Source: Eledone cirrhosa (Eukaryota). Taken from it: DNA of 64,000 nt. The notes beneath the pieces were generated by a model. It was given only the letters and a program-made list of their open reading frames with translations, did not search any database and was not told the origin of the DNA. Positions 54,181 through 64,000 of the stretch are shown one piece after another; the first letter of the stretch is position 1, and each line of letters starts with the position of its first letter. The position numbers and the translations under genes are program-made. The stretch lies in contig OZ024741.1 of NCBI GenBank assembly GCA_964016885.1, forward strand, positions 204,228,001 through 204,292,000. The letters are read 5' to 3'.

Positions 54181-56436
54181 CATGCCAGAACCTGATGTAT
54201 AAGATGTATACAGCCTACCTGAACCTATTCCTCTAAGATCACTGTGAAAATAATGACATCACAGATAAACAAGCAGCTGGAAAGAAAAGGGTTTGGGGTG
54301 TGCTGAACAACTCCTAATCTACAAAACTGCGATGCAGGAGGTGCGACAACTTAGGATGAATATAGCTAAAGTCTGGCTGGACTACAGGAAAGCTTTCGAT
54401 TCTGTTCCCCACTCCGACTTGCTAAAGTCCCAGACATTATTATCAGAGCCATAGAGGACCTATCTTCTTAGGCTATTAATCTAAAGTTAAAAACAGAGAA
54501 GGGGGACTCTATTTTCACTGATAAAATAGAATATCACAGGAGTATATTTCAAAGAGACAGTCTCTCTGTGATACTATTTATCCTGTCATTAAATCCTTTG
54601 TCCTTTCTGAAGATATATGAAGGATATATCATTGGCTCACAGGAGGACAGAAATACGAACTTAATCCATAATTTCTTGGTGGATGATCTGAAACTCTATG
54701 CCTAGAACATAGATGGGATGAAGAAAAAACTTGACCTTGTTACAACATCCTCAAATGTAATAGGAATGGAGTTTGGTCAAGATAAATGTTCATGTATGAC
54801 TGTATTTTGTACCAGTAGCCGACAATCATGTCTCTGTAAATGGTCATGTATGAGGACTGCTATAGATACCTGGGGATAGATGAGAACATATACTATAATG
54901 GTATCTGTAATAAGGAACGCATAACCAGGGAATATTACACCCGATTAAGAAAAATATGGTCTTCAGAACTCTCTGCGCACAATAAAACAGTGGCTCACAA
55001 TGTGTTTGCTGTGCCTGTCGTAACACCAACGTTTGGAATACTCAATTGGACGATAGTCAAAATCCGAGCAATTGATGTTAGGACGCGAAAAATACTAAAC
55101 AACACCGGAAACTTCCACATCAACAGTGACATAGACCGCCTCTAATTGAAACGTAAGCAGGGAGGCAGAGGCCTAACATCAGTCCAGGCAGCATTTGAAT
55201 GTCGCATCATATCCCTCCATCAACATCTACGAATCTCGAAGTGTAGGAGCCCGTCACTCGAACAAGTCTATCTGCATGAGACAGATAAGATCATGAGAGT
55301 TGGCAAGGAACTCCTTGAAAGATATTCCCTGCGGGATAATTAAAAGCTCACACCCAGGGAAGTTGCTCAGCAGTACCGCAGTGAATCCATGGATGAAAAA
55401 CTGCATACTTATCAGCAAAAAATCATGCATAGATATGTTGCCAGGAAGCTCCAGAGTGAGAGTAATATAGATAAGGAAAGTAGTCTATCTTGGACCAACA
55501 ACCGCTATATTGGCTCCCACTTTGAAGGATACGCTTTTGCAATCCAAGAACAGGAGATTAGCACGAAATACCTGATTCACAAAAGAGATAGGGATGCAGG
55601 CGAAACATCTAGATATGACAACAAGTGCAGACTCTGCAGAATTAACATCGAAGATGTCACCCACGTCATAAGCAGCTGTCTAAAGATGTCATCGCGGTAC
55701 TATCTACCTATGAGGCATTATGTAGTGGCCAAAACACTGTACAATGCAATCCGTAGAAAAGACAGCCCCGATAATAAATACATTAAAAGCTACAGCAATG
55801 TGGAAGACATACATATACATAATATGAAAGAGTACTGGTGGAATGTTCCAGTAAAAATCCCAATTAAATGCAGGCATAACAGACCAGATATAATGATATG
55901 GGACAGGGAAAAGAAGGCATGCACAGTTGTGGAAATTAGCTGCCCAGCCGATGCCAATATAATATCAAAGATTAACGAAAAGGAGAATATTTATGCAGAA
56001 CTAATGAGAAATCTGCAGATACTCCACCCGGATGTATTCCTTCAGATTTATGCCTGTGATTATTGGGGCATTATGTTAGTAACTGCCTCAATACAAATCT
56101 TGAGAATCTGGGCTTCACAGGATCAGAAAGAACACAACTAGTTAAGAAATTACAAGTACAATCCATTAATGGAACAGTAAAAATATGTAAAACATTCCAA
56201 ACATTCTGCATATAATAACTGCATATACACATGTACAGATACAAAGCATATACACATGCACACATACAACTCAAAACATCCACATCCACACATACAATAA
56301 CATCCATATCTACACATACATGCATACATAATCTACCTAGTTGATGTTGTGTAAATTCCAGAGAGAGTCTTATGTCTATGTTATAAACCGACTCTCTCTC
56401 TAATGGGAAAATATTTGTGAAATTATAAAACCAGAA
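54178..56436 (+). mobile_element. R4/Dong-like family 2, 5'-truncated copy
   Basis: Co-linear with ~50316-52620. CRLCRINIEDVTHVISSC, RPDIMIWD, VVEISCP. Ends AAAACCAGAA|CATACATAC. Confidence 0.92.
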
Positions 56437-57154
56437 CATACATACAATATATTCTTTTACGAGGCAAAGATCAACATCTACTTCAATCATACTAAAAATA
56501 GGTTGTCCAGACACTTTTTAAACATCAGACAATTGACAATTTAAAAAAAAAGTAATTGAAATAAACTACGTGGGAAAGATGGCTGGAAAATGTTCTAAAT
56601 ATGGAGCATCCAGATAGTTGGTGGAAAGATTCTTTCAAAGCTCTTAGAGAAATCGCCCATTCTCTTTCTTTTGTGATAATGGACATTAACTTCCTGTTTG
56701 TCTAGTGAGGACATAAATTTAACTTGAAAGAAAGAATGAAACTGGCCGCTGGGATATAGATAATAGATATAAATATAGAGATAGATAGATATCCATCCAT
56801 AAAACAATGGGTTGTGCATTTGTATTAGTTTCTATTAAGTGAGTTTGTCTGGATATGTTGTTCGTTAAACATCACGCACACTATATTATCTATTACGTAA
56901 TCCCAGAAGGGAGAACAATGGTCTTAATGTTTTGCACAGACTGGTGGTGGAAATTGTCCTTTGACGGGAAACTGTAACCCGAATGTTTGCATCAGAGTTG
57001 ACCTGAAGACAAGAGATAGTGTTAACCCGGGCGGCAGATTAAATTTACGATGAAAACTTTGTCGTCGACTACGACCACGAAGAGGTTAACTCTAAATATA
57101 TGGGGTTTTCTGACTGGACACTAGAAACCAATAATTGTAAATATTTGCTAAGTA

Positions 57155-57550
57155 TGAGTGAACTAGTTAACACTGTATAGACATTGTGTACAGGGAACCA
57201 GCGAACACAATATACAGTGAACCAGTTAACATTGTGTACAGTGAACCAGCTAACACTGTATAGAGATTGTGTACAGTGAACCAGCGAACACAATATACAG
57301 TGAACCAGTTAACATTGTGTACAGTGAACCAACTAACACCGTGTGGAGATTGTGTACAGTGAACCAGCTAACACTGTATAGAGATTGTGTACAGTGAACC
57401 AGCGAACACAATATACAGTGAACCAGTTAACACAGTGTACAGTGAATCAGCTAACACTGTATACAGTGAACTAGTTAATACAGTATACAGTGAATCAGAT
57501 AAAACTGTATACAGTGAACCAACTAACATAGTGTGCAATGAACCAGCTGG
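57155..57550. repeat. Minisatellite of ~22/31-bp units (ACAGTGAACCAGCTAACACTGT variants)
   Basis: Tandem variable units. Confidence 0.9.
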
Positions 57551-57736
57551 TGTTGGAAGTTATCATTTAACAGGAACCATAACTCGAATGTTTGTATCAG
57601 AATTGACCAGAAGATAGGCTGTAGTGTTAACATGGGTGACGGATTAAAACTACTACGAAAGGCAAGAGAAAGCAGCTTCACAGTTTTCAATGTGAATTTA
57701 TTAGGAATTTTATGATTCAGAGTGATATAAATAACA

Positions 57737-59018
57737 TCTATATCTATAAAAATGAAAATGTCTGTCCGCGTATGTGTGTGTGTCTGTTCCGCAGCAACTT
57801 TTGATCCGCAAAGCCGATTTTCAAAATTTTTTTTGTAATCAACCACAAACTTATCAGGGCAGGTCGGCACAATATTGCGAATGATCGACTCCCTCTTTGC
57901 CCAGGTAAAAAATCGATAAAACTGACTATAGGTACGACTTTGCACAGAAAAATCTCTATATCTATAAAAATGAAAAAGAAAGAGTCAGAGTGAAAGAAAC
58001 AGACAGACTAAAAGAGGTGGATAGCGGGAGAGAGAGAGAGAGAGCGACAGACGCTGTGTTTGATACATGACAGTGGAAGAGGGGAAGGAATGCTATAACT
58101 AATTAACATGTGTGCGTGTGTGCGCGTGTGTGTGTGTGTGTGTTCGTGCAGCGTTCCAGTAAGAGTTAAATCTATTAAGCGAGGATAATACGTCGTTATG
58201 TGGACCGAGAAGAACAATTTCATGCAAAGACAAGACCAAGTTTATAGTGTAAATGGAGTCGTTAGACTAATATTCTATTTAAAATAACCGAATGATTTCC
58301 AGCCCCGGAGTTTAAAAATGATGTAAATAAAATTGTAAACGAAAATGACAGAGGCTATTAAAATAGTTGTTTCTACTTTTGGCACAAGGCCAGTACATTA
58401 CTGGTACTTTATTTTATCGACCCCGTGTGGATGAAAGGCAAAGTTAACCTCGATGGGATTTTAACTTTGCCTTAAAATAGTAAAAGTAAATAGTGAAGAT
58501 TTAGGCCAGTACATATGTATGCGCCGACGGACATACACATACATATACATACGCACATACAAACACAAGCGCGCGCGCGTGTGTGTGTAAACCTTATGCA
58601 TTTCTACAGTATTTTCACCAAACTTAAGACATAGGTTACTTATGTACTCCGGATGGTCATGGGCATTTTTATTTTTCCAAATATTGATTATAGTGCCTCC
58701 CAGTAGATAACCCCCTTTAACCACTTCCTTGGAGTCGACTGAAGCACTGCAGTGCAATGCATTAAAACGTCATAACTTCTGGAGTTCGCAACCGATTTTC
58801 ACAAAACTTGACACATGGGCTACGTTTGTTCTACAGATGAATGTGAACTCTCGGAATTGGCGCATATTGAGTAGGGGACCCTTGGGGGCAGGAACCCCGT
58901 TTGGAAAAAGCCGATGATTTTGTAAAAGTATAGTTTTCGAAGCAGCACTGAAGTATTGACATAAATGGTATACATAACTGCTATTTAATACCCGAGCAAC
59001 GCCGGGTACCTCTGCTAG
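57737..59018 (+). mobile_element. Helitron-like non-autonomous element(s), composite
   Basis: 5' TCTATATCTATAAAAATGAAAA occurs twice (~57737, ~57955). 3' CCCGAGCAACGCCGGG..CTAG|T at 58991-59018. SINE fragment nested at ~58375-58462. Confidence 0.6.
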
Positions 59019-59394
59019 TTACAAATAAAAAAGAAGTTATACAATGATGGAAATATGAACAAGAAAGATAAACATATTTCAAACTACTATACAATCTGAA
59101 ATCATCATCGTCATCATCACCTTTTAACGTCTATTTTTCTCTGTAAAGTGGTAAAGTGGCAGTGCTAGGACTATAAAAAAGCACCCAGCCCACCCTGACA
59201 GGTGGCAATGGCGTGCTACAAGGAGATCCAAGCGTAGAAACCATGCTGGACTAGAACGTGTGAGCGGGACGCAGTCTTCTCATCCGTTTAGCCTCAGAAC
59301 ATGACAACCCATCTAACCCATGCAAGCATGGAATATAGATATACAACGGTCGTGGTGATGATAATGACGGCGATGATGATGACGACGACGATGT

Positions 59395-59425
<31 letters not shown>

Positions 59426-59774
59426 GTGGGTGATAATGATGATTTCCATGTTTGCATGGATTATCCATAAATATTACGTAGAACATTATTGACACTATGT
59501 TCAGCAAAGATCTCTTCATAACAATATTTGTGATCGTGAAGTTACTGGATTTTTGCCAGGCACCAAATCATCGCCTCACTCAAAGATTGATTTATTTCGA
59601 TACCCCTAAATCAGTTCTGTTTACAGAATTAGTCTTAGTTTACAGGAATGGCCTTTCTCTTTCTTTCCTTCATTAATTAATGTTAATTAAGGATTTATTA
59701 GTTCACCATCTTCATCATCACTGTATGTTCGCTTTCTACGCTGGCATGGGTTGGACGGGTTGTGACGGCTTGAA

Positions 59775-59972
59775 ACATCACAGTCACAAATATACCATCA
59801 CAGTCACAAATATACCATCACAGTCACAAATGTACCTTCACAGTCACAAATATACTATCACAGTCACAAATATACCATCACAGTCACAAATATACCATAA
59901 CAGTCACAAATGTACCATCACAGTCACAAACATATCACCACAATAAAACACCACAAATATATTGTCACAGTC
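59775..59972. repeat. 20-bp minisatellite (CAGTCACAAATATACCATCA)
   Basis: About 8-9 tandem units. Confidence 0.95.
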
Positions 59973-61157
59973 ACCCAACCGTTCTGTGAAACCAGTAAAT
60001 GACAAACATTTGATAATATAAAAAAAGCTACCCTCACCTCTACCCTGACAGAATTTCGCTCTTAACATTTTATAATGGTTATTCGGGAAGTATCTAATAA
60101 TATAGTTTATTAATTCAAATGTTTATATTATCTTCACTAGTGGACACATAATTGTGAAAATTTGCTGCATTTTAATTTTTATGGGGTGCTATCATTGAGT
60201 AAGTTGAGAGTTTAATCTGGTATATATCATTTAAGTACAGTTTAATAGAAAAAGAAAAAAAGAAAATTTAGATTGAGAAGAGTGGAATGTAAAATAGGAA
60301 AATATAAAGAAAAAAGAGAATACTTTTCAAGAATGCTTTGTTAATGTGGTTTTATATGGTTTGTTAATGCAAACGTGTATTGTATCTTTACTAGTGGACA
60401 TATACAGTGACCGAATGATGTGTTAAACTCCAAACATAGAGATGGGAAACTAAATTCTTTTAGAGAATCTAATCCAATACTCTACTCTTTATCCAACCCC
60501 ACTGTCTTTTTCTAATTTAATAATGAATTTAATTATTCTAACAAAGTACAAAGTCGGTATTTTTAAAGACAAACTGACATAGCCCAGCTAATCAATTCGG
60601 TGTATTTTTGCTATTTACTTTATTGATGAAAGGTCAAAGTCCATATGACAAAATTGAATATTGTAAGAACTTTTTAATCCATTCTACCAGCCTATTTTTT
60701 ATGAGCTTACTAATAAACTAATGTTTAATTATTATTAAAGTAGACCCAGCTGTAACCTACTTTGATATAGCTAGTCTAAAGAAATGTTTATTGAACATGT
60801 GGATAATTCATCATCATCGTTTTTTCGAAGGCTTTCCATGCAGGCATAAGTTGGATGGGTGGTTGCACAGTTCGAGATCAGGTAGGTCAAAATGACCTCA
60901 TCTCGTTCATATATTCCTTATTTGGCGTGGTTCATTTGACTGGTTGCCGTTTCTAACACCAACCACATAACAGGGTGTACTGGATATGTTTTTTCCATGA
61001 CAATACTACAGAGTGGACTGGGTGTGTTTTATCATGGCAGCAGCAATAGAGAGGTTGTCATACGATTTATTCACCCTATCCCACTCCTAGTATTGGTATT
61101 CTAGTTATTAATTAACTACCATCAACCCTTTACCAATATGTAAATTTTGTTCTTCCT

Positions 61158-61430
61158 GGCAGATTGGCAAAATTGCTTGAGCATTTGACAAACACTTTGT
61201 GACTTTTAATCTTTACATTTTTAATTCAAATATGCCGAGGTCAATTTTGCCCTTCATCCTTTCAGAGTCAATAAAATAAAGTCGAGTATATCGATTCTAG
61301 TACTTGATTGGTACTACATTTTATCGATCCTGAAAAAATAGAAAGCAAAATTTTAACTTAGAATATAAAGAGCCGGAACAAATACCACAATGGCATTGTA
61401 TCGGATGCTCTACCATTTTTACCATTCCAC
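61158..61430. mobile_element. Two old tRNA-SINE copies tail-to-tail
   Basis: Degenerate + copy (~61158-61285) followed by a - copy (~61295-61430). Confidence 0.6.
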
Positions 61431-61799
61431 TACCCTTTGATATGGCTAATATTAGTAGTTATTTAAGAAGATTCGTTAGTTCATCAAAGTTCTTTCGTCA
61501 CACATTCTGTGACTTCCTCAATGACTATATGTTCTCTCTTATGCCTCCTCTTCTTTCTAGTCTTAATCTGTTACACCACCCTGACTTGTTTGAAAAAAAA
61601 ACAGAATATGTAACTAAAGAACTTTGACGAACTAACCAACAATTAATAATAAAAACAATGTGAAAAAGTGAAAATAATATGGTGCGTGCTTCTGTTTATT
61701 GACTATACTAGTGACATGGCTATCCCCAAATATAACAATATCGATTTCAACACTCGATTTCACAAATCTCGCAAAATAAATACATAAATGTGTATGTAT

Positions 61800-62409
61800 G
61801 GTCACCAGTCAGGTCACCAGTTGATGCTACTGGTAACATGTATCCCAGTACAACCTGTCTCATGGTCGGGACGTTGGCGACTAAACTGGCAACCCGACCA
61901 TGGTTTCTTGGTGAGGAGGGTGACTTTGGACATCCTGCAGGACTAAAAACAAAACCTGTCAAAGGGAAAAGGAGCTCTTAGGAGTCAATGGCCATCCAAA
62001 ATCACCGGGAGAGATGACCCCTTAGCCTTTGTCAAGGCAGAATTCTAGAAGGAAAACTCTGATATAACACCTGCAACCCTGATGGTATCCAATGATGTTG
62101 ACTTGTTTTTCTTTTTGGTAAATATCATCTTGGTTAAGAGAGTGGGACTGGCTTTGTACAGTGCCTTTGCTCACTATAAAAGCTTCACGGCACAGGCATT
62201 GCTTTATATCTGGAGATCTCTTTGCACTTGTCATCACATGGTACCATGGACCCAGCACTATATGTCAATAATTGTCACAAGTGTAGTGTTTGTACCAGAG
62301 TTTTCAAGTCGCTGGCTAGACTAAAAAGTCACACTCGTTCAGCGCATCGGTAAGGGTTCTCCTATATGGGTATAAAGTAGTGGCCGTACTCGAAAACGAG
62401 TTGGCAGCC

Positions 62410-62414
<5 letters not shown>
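61800..62414 (+). mobile_element. RTE-derived family A, full copy in sense orientation
   Basis: Reverse complement of 20422-21027. Ends CTCGAAAACGAGTTGGCAGCCGCCAT followed by (AT)n. Confidence 0.82.
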
Positions 62415-63069
<655 letters not shown>

Positions 63070-63272
63070 TATGTATACGTACATACATATATGTATACAG
63101 ACGTACAGTAGTATGTATATATATATACATACATGCACACATATATATATGTACATATGGATTCACCGAACATTTATTATAATGCTCGGTTTGTTTGTAA
63201 ACAAACATCCCGAATTAAGCCGTACAGTGTCTAGCAACCATCGTTGCTCATTTGTTCAACACTGACAAATGA

Positions 63273-63315
63273 ACGCTGTACTAGTTTCAAGTTTATTAGC
63301 TATCGTCAGCAACGT
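63273..63315 (-). ncRNA. Minimal hammerhead motif
   Basis: Minus strand ACGTTG-CTGACGA-TAGCTAATAAACTT-GAAA-CTAG-TA-CAGCGT; stem II is weak. Confidence 0.55.
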
Positions 63316-63700
63316 ATACCTTCCTGCCAGATGATTGAACGTCTGAAAGTATATACTTTCCTTATGCATATTAACGGCATATATATATATCACTTCGCAT
63401 ATGTTTCTCATATATATCTCCTATCTCATTTTTCATATGTATCTCCTATCTCATTTTACATCTATGTATTTTATGTATTTTTGTATTTTTTGTGTATGTT
63501 ATACCTTGCATTTTTTGTTTTGTTCCATGTGATAGAGATATTAACTATGTATTCGCCTAACTACTACGCTTCATACTGTAATTTACCCTCCGTTCTACTA
63601 TACGGTACTATCGTTCAATATGTAGATAATATATCTGTAACATTGATCCCACTTTCAAAACTTCTTACTATAACTTAAACATCTCCCTATTTATTAGTTA

Positions 63701-64000
63701 CTAGCAGATTTACCCGGCGTTGCTCGGAGTTTGAAATTGTGCTAAGAATATACAGCTAGGAAGTAAAAGAACATTATTTGTCCCCAACCTGTCAAAGTAA
63801 GCAGAAGTCTTCAATAATTAATTCAAACGAATATATTTGGTGAAAAGGTTATGTCCCTTTTTTATAAGGATTGTCAATAAAGTTTGTTATCTCCCTTACA
63901 TCAATTTTTCTACCGATAATTTTGATATCGATTTTTTATTGCTCAACGTGGGTCAATTTGAAAAATGTTTGTGATGTGACAATCTTAGCGACCTGTGCAA
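63701..64000 (-). mobile_element. Helitron-like 3' end
   Basis: A|CTAG..CCCGGCGTTGCTCGG is the reverse complement of the 3' hairpin+CTAG seen at 29676 and 59018. Confidence 0.7.

Noticed and set aside
61800-61960. Canonical HDV-like or twister ribozyme at the 5' end of family A
   Set aside because: Some helices and a CUAA fit, but the UCCUCG-type L3 and the twister UAA/UCCC motifs could not be placed. Kept only as an unassigned structure.

Overview
Repeat-saturated, AT-rich eukaryotic (invertebrate) genomic DNA. The microsatellite load and repeat types resemble a coleoid cephalopod such as Octopus (inference). There is one credible host gene, an intronless CDK5 activator p35 (CDK5R1-like) CDS at 8276-9139 (-). 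The rest is microsatellites, minisatellites and decayed mobile elements: R4/Dong-type RLE LINEs, RTE LINEs and a ~600-bp RTE-derived non-autonomous element, Penelope-like element (PLE) remnants, tRNA-derived SINEs, Helitron ends, Tc1/mariner and hAT MITEs, and CRE fragments. Two systems stand out. (1) About a dozen minimal type-I hammerhead ribozyme motifs from several unrelated PLE-like families, many in fold-back palindromes inside (TA)n. They include U3-A8 core variants with covariation, a long-stem-II form, and a tandem pair that would release a 485-nt RNA. (2) Two divergent R4/Dong-like families that consistently sit in (TACA)n arrays. These arrays appear to be the tails of the RTE-derived element, giving a ~12.6-kb nested retroelement array (43.8-56.4 kb). 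All structure calls were made by eye; no folding or database searches were run.
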